In this document: piece by piece, positions 1 to 9,000 of the stretch | Layout: each line of letters begins with the position of its first letter | Numbering within the stretch: position 1 is the stretch's first letter | Assembly (NCBI GenBank): GCA_963727505.1 | Contig: CAVSGP010000004.1 | Coordinates: 512,001-576,000, forward strand | DNA length: 64,000 nucleotides | Source of the DNA: an uncultured Trueperaceae bacterium | GTDB taxonomy: Bacteria > Deinococcota > Deinococci > Deinococcales > Trueperaceae | Reading direction: 5' to 3' | The notes under the pieces: generated by a model | Told to the model about the DNA's origin: nothing | What the model saw: only the letters and a program-made list of their open reading frames with translations | The model's database searches: none | Made by a program: the position numbers and the translations under genes

Positions 1-77
1 CCCGGCTGCTGCCGTGAGGTCCACGAATCGGTGCTGGGCCGCCCTCACAAGAACGAATACCGGCGGCGCTCAAGACG

Positions 78-101
78 TGGAGGCCACCGAAGTGGCCTCC
101 A
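78..101 (-). terminator. Stable stem-loop downstream of the 138-1613 gene
   Basis: TGGAGGCCAC-TTCG-GTGGCCTCCA on minus: 10-bp stem, C(UUCG)G loop, no strong U tract. Confidence 0.5.
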
Positions 102-137
102 ACGGATCCTCTGGGTCAACGCACCAGGTCGGCGCTC

Positions 138-1613
138 CTAGGGCGTCACCTTGAACGCATACCTGAAGTGGAAGCCCTTCGGGTGGTCCTGCCACGTCAC
201 GATGGCGGCGGTGTAGAGGAACGGTGCCTCTTGAGCCTCGCCGTAGTTCTTGTTCCGATAGAACGAGGGGTAGAGATCGATGACGTGCCACCCCGGTGCC
301 CAGGATGCGATGAGCGGCACGCTCAGGTGGCCGTCGGCGTAGGAACCGCACGCGTAGCCGACGTAGGCGTTGTCCACCACGACAGCGAAGATGTTGTCGA
401 TTTCCGTCCAACCGATCCCCTTGACCGCCAACTCGATCTCCGTGCCCTGGGGGCCCGACACGGGCGTGATCGGCTCGCCGCTCCGGGCGATGGCGAACAC
501 ACCGGTCGCAACGTCTTCTCCGTCTACGGACGCGACCAACCGATGGTCACCGCCGAGCACGTCCGGCATGGGGGCGGTCGCCGTGAAGGCTCCTCGAGCA
601 TCGGTCGTGACGGTCAGGAGGGGCTTGCTCACGTAGTCGAAGCCCTTGGCCGTGACTCCCGATCCCGTCGTATCCCGGAACGTAAGCTTCACGGTCGCGT
701 TCGCCGGCAAGCCGGAGCCGTGAACCGTCTCCCGGGTCCCGACCGTCGCTCGACTCGGATCCATCCAGACCTTCGGTCCGGGACCGGAGGGCGGCCCGGC
801 ATGCTCGGGAGGATTGGATTGCTCCGCCACGGGTGGCGGCAGCACCGCCGGCGCGTCCGTCACCGCGAACCAGAACTTCGGTTCCGGCATGAAGGCGTAC
901 GGCGACGATTTGAGATTCAGGAAGGGCTCCTCCGGGAAGATCGAGCTGCGCAGGATGATCAAGTGGCGACCGGGCGCCCCTGCGGCCGGAATCGTAATGT
1001 GAGCCGTTCCGTGGGTGGTGATGGTGGTGATCATGCCCGTGGGATGGTTGTCGTAGGTGACCTCGTACCACCCAGCGATGTCGTGGATCTGGTTCAGGCC
1101 CGTGAAGGTGAGGTGGATGTCCGACCCTACGGGGCCGCTCGCAGGTTCCATGGTGGCGCTCGCTGTGACCTGCACGCCAACCTTGTTGATGGCCGTATCA
1201 CCGTCCTTCACGTACACGTCGTGACCGCCGCCGAACCCCTCCGGCACCTCGAACCCGAAGTGGAAGGCGCCGTTCGAATCCGTGGTCACCGAACCCAGTT
1301 GCGTGGTCGTCGGCTTGAAGGTGCGACCGAAGAAGTCGTTCCGGGTATAGATGCCGTCGTCCTTCTTCAGCAGCCAGGAACCTTTGTAGCCGTCCCAAAC
1401 GATCCTGAGGACGGCTCCAGGCGCGAAGCCACTGCCGGAGAGGTTGACCCGTTGTCCCACGACGGCGTGCTCCGGATTCGCGCTCACCGTCCCCACAAAG
1501 GGCGTGGATGTCGTGCTCTGCGCGTTGACCCCACTCAGTAGCAGTAGGAGCGCGACGACCGCCGGCACCACAAGCACCAGGCGACCTCTGGAGTCGATTC
1601 TGTTTCTTGGCAT
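138..1613 (-). CDS. Secreted protein with duplicated Ig-like beta-rich modules
   Basis: 491 aa; signal peptide (LLLLSGVNA|Q); internal repeats GQRVNLSGSGFAPGA / GTRETVHGSGLPANA and PASGPVGSDIHL / PVSGPQGTEIEL. Confidence 0.7.
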   Translation of the reverse strand: MPRNRIDSRGRLVLVVPAVVALLLLLSGVNAQSTTSTPFVGTVSANPEHAVVGQRVNLSGSGFAPGAVLRIVWDGYKGSWLLKKDDGIYTRNDFFGRTFKPTTTQLGSVTTDSNGAFHFGFEVPEGFGGGHDVYVKDGDTAINKVGVQVTASATMEPASGPVGSDIHLTFTGLNQIHDIAGWYEVTYDNHPTGMITTITTHGTAHITIPAAGAPGRHLIILRSSIFPEEPFLNLKSSPYAFMPEPKFWFAVTDAPAVLPPPVAEQSNPPEHAGPPSGPGPKVWMDPSRATVGTRETVHGSGLPANATVKLTFRDTTGSGVTAKGFDYVSKPLLTVTTDARGAFTATAPMPDVLGGDHRLVASVDGEDVATGVFAIARSGEPITPVSGPQGTEIELAVKGIGWTEIDNIFAVVVDNAYVGYACGSYADGHLSVPLIASWAPGWHVIDLYPSFYRNKNYGEAQEAPFLYTAAIVTWQDHPKGFHFRYAFKVTP

Positions 1614-1993
1614 GTTCGGATGCCCCCATTCGTTGGTCTCTGCGCGACCGTACGTCGGTCGATCATCGCTTCATGGGTCCTAATGTCCCAAGGGACAAAC
1701 AACCCCCCTCCCGAACCCCTGCACGTACACCCGCGCCCACCACCACGCGCACACGCGCCACCCGCGCCGAAGGAGCATCCAACACTCGAGCAACTGTCGC
1801 CCAATTCACGCCAATCCCGATTGCCACAACCTCGGCCCGCTCGCCCGCTTCCCACACCAAAGGGCCGCACTACCCGACCTCTGAACCGATGCAGGATGAA
1901 CCGCACTGGGTTTGATGGAGGCCCCGTCCCCCACCGACCGACACGCCTCGCCCGCGTGCGTCGCTAGACTGGGCCGCGAAGGGGGGCCCCTAC

Positions 1994-2704
1994 ATGAACG
2001 AGCGGCCTTCGAACGACACCTCTCGCGTCGCGCTGATCACGGGAGCCGCCGGTGGCATCGGCTCCCGCATGGCACGACGCTTCGACGCCGACGGCTGGCA
2101 GCTAGCGCTGCTCGAGCGCCCTCACAACCTCGACGCGGTGCGCGAAGCGTTCCCCGACGCCCTCGTGATCGGCGTCGACCTCACGGCCGCGGACGACACC
2201 GCCAGTGCGGTAGGAACCGTCCTGGAGAGCCGGGGGCGTATCGACGCACTCCTGAACATCGTCGGAGCCTTCGGCATGCAGTCGGCGCTCGAGGCCGATG
2301 ACGGCGTCCTGGACCGGCAGCTCGACCTCAACCTGCGGACCGCCGTCCACGCCACGCGGGCCGTGTTGCCGGCGATGCTCGAGCGCGGCAGGGGCTTCGT
2401 GATGGGAGTCGGGGCGGCGACGGTCGTGCGGGGCAGCGCCCGCATGCCGGCCTACGGCGCCGCCAAATCGGCGCTGGCGGGATATCTCCGAGGCGTGCGC
2501 GCCGAGGTGGAGCCTCAGGGGATCGGCGTAGGCCTGCTCGTGCCCATGGGCACGGTGGACACCCCCGCGAACCGCGATGCGATGCCCTCAGCCGACCCGG
2601 CCTCGTGGATCGATCCCGACGAGCTCGCGGCCGCGGCGGCGTTCCTCGTCGGGCGCAGCGCACGCGGCCGCGTGCGCGAGCTGCGGGTGTACGCCTCCGG
2701 CTGA
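1994..2704 (+). CDS. SDR family oxidoreductase
   Basis: TGAAGGIG Rossmann motif, YGAAK catalytic motif. Confidence 0.9.
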   Translation: MNERPSNDTSRVALITGAAGGIGSRMARRFDADGWQLALLERPHNLDAVREAFPDALVIGVDLTAADDTASAVGTVLESRGRIDALLNIVGAFGMQSALEADDGVLDRQLDLNLRTAVHATRAVLPAMLERGRGFVMGVGAATVVRGSARMPAYGAAKSALAGYLRGVRAEVEPQGIGVGLLVPMGTVDTPANRDAMPSADPASWIDPDELAAAAAFLVGRSARGRVRELRVYASG

Positions 2705-2735
2705 ACGCGCCACGCCCGAGGGCCACGCCTCCCGT

Positions 2736-4316
2736 TCAGGCCAGGGCGTCCTCCCCGTGGGTGACGGCGCCCCCCTTGAGCGTCGCCACCACGGCGAGAT
2801 CGTCGAGCGTGCGGATGGGATCGTGCGACAGCACGACCAGGTCGGCGTCGAAGCCGGGCGCCAGGCGGCCCGAGCGGTCCTCGCGGCCGATGGCGTGGGC
2901 CGCGCCGCGCGTGTAGGCCTCGAGGGCCTGCTGCACCGTGAGCCGTTCGCCGGCGTTGAGCACGCTGCCGTCCACCCCGCGGCGCCCGGTCGCCGCGCGC
3001 AGGCCCCCGATCACGTCGGGATCGGCCACTGGCGTGTCCGAGCCGAACGCCAGGGTGGCGCCGCTGGCCAGCAACGAGGCGAAGGCGTAGGCGCGGTCGC
3101 TGCGGTCTGCCAGGGTGCGCAGGATGGTGGGCACGTCGAAGGTGAGGTGGAGCGGCTGCGCCGACGCCGTCACGCCGAGCGCGCCGAAGCGCGGCAGGTC
3201 GTCGGGGTGGAGGTGCTGGGCGTGCTCGATGCGTGGTCGCAGCCCGGCCGCCCGCCACGACGGAGCGGCCGCTTCGAGCGCGTCGAGCACCGCGCGGTTC
3301 GCGGCGTCGCCGATCGCGTGGATGACCGGCGTGAGACCGGCGCCGATGGCCAGCGGCAGGCGCCGCGCCAGGACCTCGGGGCCGTCGACGGCCACGCCGA
3401 CGTCCTCGCCGCGACCGGCGTAGGGATCGAGCATCCAGGCCGTGAGGCTGCCCAGCGCACCGTCGGCGAAGAACTTCGCTCCCCCCACCGTGAACGATCC
3501 GCCGCCCTGACCCGTGGCAAGCCCCAGCGCCGCGGCCTGCTCGATGTGTTCCTGGCCGATGCACGCCCACACCCGCAGCAGGTAGGCGCCCTTCGACGCT
3601 GCGTCGGCCGTCGCCCGCCAGTAGGACGCCGGCTCGTAGGCCATGTCGTGCACCGTCGTCACGCCGCGGGCGGCCAGGTGCTCGCCCGCGCGCTGCAGGG
3701 CGCGTGCGAGTTCGCCCACGTCGGGCTCGGGCAGTCGGGCGGCCAGCAACGCCATGGCATGTTCCAGCAGGAGCCCCGTCGGCTCGCCGTGGTGGTCGCG
3801 TTGGATCACGCCCTCCGGAGGATCGGGCGTCGTGCGGTCGATGCCCGCCAGGCGCAGCGCGTGCCGGCTTCCCCACAGGCTGTGGTGGTCCTGGCTCCGT
3901 AGCGCCACCGGCCTGCCCGCCGACGCCCGCTCGAGGGCGTCGGCCTCGGCCGGGCCGATGCCCTCGAGCCCCAGCCGCTCCAGCGCGAAACCGTTGCCAA
4001 GGAGCCAGGCATCCGCCGGCAGGGCGTTGGCGCGCGTCTCGACCCGCTCCAGTAGGACGTCGAGCGAGCGCACGTCCTTCAGGTCGAGCTGGGCGAGCTC
4101 GAGGCCGTGCGCGGCCAGGTGCACGTGCGCGTCGTGGAAGCCCGGCAGCAACGTTCGCTCGCCGAGCTCGACGACCCGGGTGCCCGGTCCGGCCAGCGCC
4201 TCGGCCTCGTTGTCGAGCGCCACGATCTGCCCGCCGGTGACGGCCAGCGCGTGCGATCGCGGGCGCGCACCGTCCATGGTGAGGACGGTTCCCTCGAACA
4301 GCCAGTCGGCGCTCAC
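2736..4316 (-). CDS. Amidohydrolase (YtcJ-like)
   Basis: PGFHDAHVH, KFFADGALGS, HAIGD, RIEHAQ, FGSD; GTG start inferred. Confidence 0.9.
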   Translation of the reverse strand: MSADWLFEGTVLTMDGARPRSHALAVTGGQIVALDNEAEALAGPGTRVVELGERTLLPGFHDAHVHLAAHGLELAQLDLKDVRSLDVLLERVETRANALPADAWLLGNGFALERLGLEGIGPAEADALERASAGRPVALRSQDHHSLWGSRHALRLAGIDRTTPDPPEGVIQRDHHGEPTGLLLEHAMALLAARLPEPDVGELARALQRAGEHLAARGVTTVHDMAYEPASYWRATADAASKGAYLLRVWACIGQEHIEQAAALGLATGQGGGSFTVGGAKFFADGALGSLTAWMLDPYAGRGEDVGVAVDGPEVLARRLPLAIGAGLTPVIHAIGDAANRAVLDALEAAAPSWRAAGLRPRIEHAQHLHPDDLPRFGALGVTASAQPLHLTFDVPTILRTLADRSDRAYAFASLLASGATLAFGSDTPVADPDVIGGLRAATGRRGVDGSVLNAGERLTVQQALEAYTRGAAHAIGREDRSGRLAPGFDADLVVLSHDPIRTLDDLAVVATLKGGAVTHGEDALA

Positions 4317-4323
4317 CGCGGCC

Positions 4324-5100
4324 TCAACGCCCGCGGAAGCGCGGGAGGCGCTTCTCCTGGAAGGCGGCGACGCCCTCGCGCACGTCTTCGCTGGCGGCCG
4401 CGCGCCCCTGCAGCTCGGCCTCCAGCGCGAGTTGCTGCTCGAGATCGTGCTGCAGCGAGGCGCGAAGCTCACGCTTGGCGAGCGCGAAGGCGTAGGTCGG
4501 GCCCTCGGCCAGCTCGCGCACGAAGCGCCACGCCTCCTCCGCGAAGGCGTCGGCGTCCAGGATCCGCTCGCCCAGTCCCAGCGCCAACGCCTCCTCCGCC
4601 TTGACGTGACGCCCCGCGTAGACCAGCTCGAAGGCGCGGCCCAGGCCCACCAATCGCGGCAACGCGTAGCTACAGGAGGCGTCCATGACCAGTCCGATGC
4701 CGGTGAATCCCACCGCGAAGCTCGCCTGGCTCGACAACAGTCGCAGGTCGCATGCCAGCGCCAGGCTCATGCCCGCGCCCGCAGCCACGCCGTTGACGCC
4801 GGCCACGACCGGCTTGGGGAGCGTCGCCAGGGCCCGCACGATGGGGTGGTAGCGGCGCTCGAGCAGGTCGCTGATGTCGGCGTCGACCGAGGTCTCTTCG
4901 AGATCGGCCCCGGCGCAGAAGCCGCGCCCCTCGCCGGTGAGCAGCACTGCCCGGACGTCGTCCTGGGCTGCGGGCCCCTCCAGCGCCTGCCGGAGCTCGT
5001 CGAGCATGGCCGGCGAGAGGGCGTTGAGCACGCGGGGCCGCGCGAGGGTGATGCGTAGCGCGTCGCCCGCGCGGTCGAGCTTCAGGTGGTCGAAGGCCAT
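4324..5100 (-). CDS. Enoyl-CoA hydratase/isomerase family (PaaG-like)
   Basis: GRGFCAGADL, VNGVAAGAGMSLALACD; ATG after GGAGG. Confidence 0.9.
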   Translation of the reverse strand: MAFDHLKLDRAGDALRITLARPRVLNALSPAMLDELRQALEGPAAQDDVRAVLLTGEGRGFCAGADLEETSVDADISDLLERRYHPIVRALATLPKPVVAGVNGVAAGAGMSLALACDLRLLSSQASFAVGFTGIGLVMDASCSYALPRLVGLGRAFELVYAGRHVKAEEALALGLGERILDADAFAEEAWRFVRELAEGPTYAFALAKRELRASLQHDLEQQLALEAELQGRAAASEDVREGVAAFQEKRLPRFRGR

Positions 5101-5138
5101 GGAACCTCCCGTTCCTCGGTCGCGCCCGGCCGGGCGCC

Positions 5139-5483
5139 TCAGCGGGCGGCGGGCGGTCGACCGCTGGCGAGCGCCACCAGGCGCTCGTAATCGTCGGGCC
5201 AACTCCGGTCGTCGAGGGCCGCCCGGTTCCTGCGCACGGCGCCGCAGCTCCGACAGCGGTGGACGATGATCCAGCCCTTCTTACCGCTGTGCTCGGCCGC
5301 CACCGGCTCGAGCACGCCGCCACAGTCGCTGGCGCGGTCGCCGGGGTAGACGTCGACGTGGAGCGAATGCAGGCACACGGGGCAGTGGTTGCGGTAGCTG
5401 CCGTTGGCCAGCGGGGGCACCTCGGCCCCGCAGACCGTGCAGGTGAAGCCCTCGTTCGTCCCGCGGCCGATGAAGCGTCGCAC
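5139..5483 (-). CDS. RNHCP domain protein
   Basis: FTCTVCG...YRNHCPVCLHSLHVD...GDRASDCGG...HRCRSCG; probable leaderless GTG after TAGACT. Confidence 0.85.
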   Translation of the reverse strand: MRRFIGRGTNEGFTCTVCGAEVPPLANGSYRNHCPVCLHSLHVDVYPGDRASDCGGVLEPVAAEHSGKKGWIIVHRCRSCGAVRRNRAALDDRSWPDDYERLVALASGRPPAAR

Positions 5484-5619
5484 GTGCCGACAGTCTACCC
5501 GCCAGCCCCGACCTCCGGGGAGTGCGATGGGCGGGCCGAGCCCGCGCGCCGGACATGCGGGCCCCACGCCACCGCCCTACAATGACCGTCGGTACCCTGG
5601 CATCCGGGGGCCGCGATCC

Positions 5620-7947
5620 ATGGAGCTTCTCGACGTCCACGACCTGACCTGCTACCGCCGGGGTGAACCTCTCTTCCGGCCGCTGGACCTGCACCTGACC
5701 GCCGGCATGCGTCTCGGCCTGGCCGGCCCCAACGGTGCGGGAAAGTCCACCTTGCTTCGCCTGCTGGCCGGCGACCTGATCCCGGACGAGGGCCGTGTGG
5801 CGCGGGCACCAGGGGTACGCGTCGCCCTGCTGCCGCAGGCGTCCGACACGGCCACGAAGGGCAGCGTGTGGGAGGTCGCCAGCTTCGGACTGGCGCCCGT
5901 GCGAGACGCCGAGGAGCGCCTCCGGAGCGAAGAGCGGCGGCTGGCCGCAGGGGAACCGCGCGCAGACGCGCTGGCCGAGGCGCTCGACACCTTCGAGCGG
6001 CTCGGCGGTTACCGCGCGGAGGCGGACTTGCGGGAGGTCCTGGCTGCCCTCGGGTTCGCCGAGGCCGACCACGACCGCCCGGCGGGCCGGCTATCGGGCG
6101 GCGAGCGTCGCCGCCTGGCCCTGGCCACGGCGCTGGCGGGAGGTCCCGAGGTCCTCCTCCTCGACGAGCCGACCAACCAACTGGACCTGACGACCCGGAG
6201 CTGGCTGGCGCAGCGCCTGGCATCCTGGCGGGGCGCGCTGCTGCTGGTATCCCACGACCGCAGCGTGCTCGAGGCGAGCACGAACGCCACCCTGTTGCTG
6301 GAGGCGGGCGCCTGGAAGCTCCGTCGCGGGCCCTACGGGCGCGCCCGGGAGGCCCGCGACCGCGAGCTGGTCGCGCTGCGCCGTCGCGACGCAGCGCGCG
6401 CCCGCGAAGCCGAACGGCTCCGCTCGATGGCGGCCGAGCTGGCCCAGCGTGGCGACCGCGCCGCGGCGCGGCGGCGGCGCGTGGCCCAACGGCGGCACGC
6501 CCTGCTCGAAGCCCAGGCGCCGCCGCCGGCCGGCGCGCAGGGAGTCGCCCTCGAACTGCGCACGCGCGGCCTGAAGGGCGTGCTGCTGGAGGGCCGGTCG
6601 CTGCGCCGTCACGGGCTGCTCGAGGTGCCCTTCGTCCACCTGCGGGCGGGGCAACGCGTCGCGCTGCTGGGCCCCAACGGCGCGGGCAAGAGCACGCTCC
6701 TGGGGTTGCTGGCCGGCGACCTACCCTCCGACGACCCCCGTTGCGAGCTCCGTTACGCCGCCGGCCTCCGGCTAGCGCGAGCGGGGCAGCTCGACCGGGG
6801 CCTGGAGCCGGGTGAGAGCGTACTGCGTCAGGTCGCGCAGGGGGTCGGGGAGGGCCGCGCACGCCAACTGCTGGCACAGGCGGGGGTGCCAGCGGATCGT
6901 TGGGACGCCCCGCCCGAGCAGCTCTCCGGAGGGGAACGGGCGCGCGCCGGACTGGCCCGCCTGGAAGCCCGCGAGGCCGACCTCCTGCTGCTCGACGAGC
7001 CCACCAACGATCTCGACCTGGCGGCCGTGGAAGCGCTGCATGACGCGCTCGAGCGTAGCTCGGCGGCCATGGTGGTGGCGACCCACGATCGGCGCCTGGC
7101 CGAGGCGCTCGCCGACGAGGTCTGGGTCCTCGAGGGGGGCACGCTTCGACGTTTCGACGACGTGCGTGCCTACCTGGCGGGCGAGGCGGGCGCCGCGCTC
7201 ACGGCGGAAGCGCCGCCGGCCGTGGACGCCGCGGCGCGCGCGGCGACCGCGGGCACGCCCGAGCTACCGTCTTCGGGCGGCGCGCGCGATCGAGGAGCGA
7301 GCGCGGTGGAGGCCTTGGAGGATGAGCGACGCGCGCTGGAGCGCCTGCTCGAGGACCCCATGAAACTGGCGCCACGCGAGCTCGAGCGGATCACGGAGCG
7401 GCGGGGCGCCCTCGAGGACCGCCTGGCCAGCGCCTATGACGCGCTGCTGGAACCGCCCGCGCCGCGCTTCCGCGTCCGCGAGCGCGGACTGGAGGTGGTG
7501 GCGGACCGCCTGGCCGACGATCTGCTGGTGATGCTCGTCCCGCCGGCAGATGCGCCCCGCGCCATGGACCTCTTGCTGCGCGGCGAAGCCGGCGACGCCG
7601 CCGCAGCGGCCGAGGCGGCGGAAGCCCCGTGGCCGTGGGCTCGCGTCCGTCGCGACGGTTCGGTGGCGCACGTCGCGCTGCACGAGCCGCGCAGCGCATG
7701 CCCGCTGCCGTGGGCGCGCGCCGCGCTGGCGGACGCCGCCGCCCGCTTCACCTTCACGTTGCTGGACGTCTCCGCGCTCCAGCTCTTCAGCCGCGAGACG
7801 CTCCCGGGCACGCGCCTCCAGGCCGCGGGTGAAGGCTGGTGGACCTGGACGCGCGCGGCGTTCGCGCGTCGCGAGGGGTTGCCGGCGGACCCTTCGGCAT
7901 CGACGACTCGGAAGCGCCGACGCGCAGGCGCGCAGCGACGGCCGTGA
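5620..7947 (+). CDS. ABC-F family ATPase with C-terminal extension
   Basis: Two NBDs (GPNGAGKS, LSGGE, LLLDEPTN each twice), no transmembrane segments. Confidence 0.85.
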   Translation: MELLDVHDLTCYRRGEPLFRPLDLHLTAGMRLGLAGPNGAGKSTLLRLLAGDLIPDEGRVARAPGVRVALLPQASDTATKGSVWEVASFGLAPVRDAEERLRSEERRLAAGEPRADALAEALDTFERLGGYRAEADLREVLAALGFAEADHDRPAGRLSGGERRRLALATALAGGPEVLLLDEPTNQLDLTTRSWLAQRLASWRGALLLVSHDRSVLEASTNATLLLEAGAWKLRRGPYGRAREARDRELVALRRRDAARAREAERLRSMAAELAQRGDRAAARRRRVAQRRHALLEAQAPPPAGAQGVALELRTRGLKGVLLEGRSLRRHGLLEVPFVHLRAGQRVALLGPNGAGKSTLLGLLAGDLPSDDPRCELRYAAGLRLARAGQLDRGLEPGESVLRQVAQGVGEGRARQLLAQAGVPADRWDAPPEQLSGGERARAGLARLEAREADLLLLDEPTNDLDLAAVEALHDALERSSAAMVVATHDRRLAEALADEVWVLEGGTLRRFDDVRAYLAGEAGAALTAEAPPAVDAAARAATAGTPELPSSGGARDRGASAVEALEDERRALERLLEDPMKLAPRELERITERRGALEDRLASAYDALLEPPAPRFRVRERGLEVVADRLADDLLVMLVPPADAPRAMDLLLRGEAGDAAAAAEAAEAPWPWARVRRDGSVAHVALHEPRSACPLPWARAALADAAARFTFTLLDVSALQLFSRETLPGTRLQAAGEGWWTWTRAAFARREGLPADPSASTTRKRRRAGAQRRP

Positions 7948-8990
7948 GGGACACCAGGAGCGGGCGTCGCCGTACGGGCCGCCGGAGCACCGCCGCGGCC
8001 CTGACCGCGCTGGCGCTCGGCCTGGCGCTGGCCCTGATCCCCTGGCCGGAGTCCTGGGTGGAGCGGCTGTTCGCGCGTGGCCTCTTCCCCGTCGTCAGCC
8101 ACCTCCTCACCCCCTGGGTGGGCGCTGTTCCCTGGAGCGTGACGGCGACGTTGGCGCTCGGCCTGCTGCTGACGGTCCTGGCAAGCCTTCCGTCGCGCCC
8201 GGGCCGGCGCTTCCTGCGCCGCCGTCTGTTGCCCTGGACGGCGGCTGTGCTGGTCCTCGGCTTCATGCTGGTCTGGGGGCTGGCCTACCGTCGCGCCCCG
8301 CTGGCGACGCTGCTCGGCGTGCCGGATACGGCGCCCACCGGGGCCGAGCTCGCCACCGCGCAGGCGCGCTTGCTCTCGGCGCTCGCTCGATCGATCGACT
8401 CCGCGCCGCCGGAGCCGGCGGACGTCACCGCCGCCGCACGCTGCGTCGCGCGCGAGGTGCGGCGTGTGACCGGCAGCCGCGTCGCCGTGCCGCGCCGCGT
8501 CAAGCTGCTTCCCGCAGGGACCCTGCTGCGGCTGGGGTTCGCCGGCGTCACGTCGCCCTGGTTGCTCGAGCCGCACGTCGACGCCGGCTTGCCTCCGGTC
8601 GCCCGTCTCGCTACGGCCACCCACGAACTCACCCACAGCGCCGGCTTCGCTCGTGAAGCCGACACCGACGCGCTGGCCGTCCTCGCCGGCGTGCGCTGCG
8701 ACGACCCGGCGGTGCGCTACGCCCTGAGCCTCCACGCCCTCGACCTGCTGCTGGTATCGCTGCCGGACCCGGCACGCCAACGGCTGCTGGGCAGCCTTCC
8801 CCGGCGCGCGCTCGACGACCTGCGCGCCGCCTCCGCCGCCGCAGCACGCTACCGCGTTCCCTGGTTGCAGCACGCTGCGACCGCCACCTATGGCACCTAC
8901 CTGCGCAGTCGGGGCGTGCAGGCGGGCATGGCCGACTATGGACGGGCGACGACACTGGTGGTGCAAGCGCTCGCGCGCGGCACCCTGTGA
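7944..8990 (+). CDS. DUF3810-like membrane protein with HExxH motif
   Basis: N-terminal TM helices, WGLAYRR, THELTHSAGFARE; GTG overlaps upstream stop. Confidence 0.75.
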   Translation: MRDTRSGRRRTGRRSTAAALTALALGLALALIPWPESWVERLFARGLFPVVSHLLTPWVGAVPWSVTATLALGLLLTVLASLPSRPGRRFLRRRLLPWTAAVLVLGFMLVWGLAYRRAPLATLLGVPDTAPTGAELATAQARLLSALARSIDSAPPEPADVTAAARCVAREVRRVTGSRVAVPRRVKLLPAGTLLRLGFAGVTSPWLLEPHVDAGLPPVARLATATHELTHSAGFAREADTDALAVLAGVRCDDPAVRYALSLHALDLLLVSLPDPARQRLLGSLPRRALDDLRAASAAAARYRVPWLQHAATATYGTYLRSRGVQAGMADYGRATTLVVQALARGTL

Positions 8991-9000
8991 GGACGGTCGC

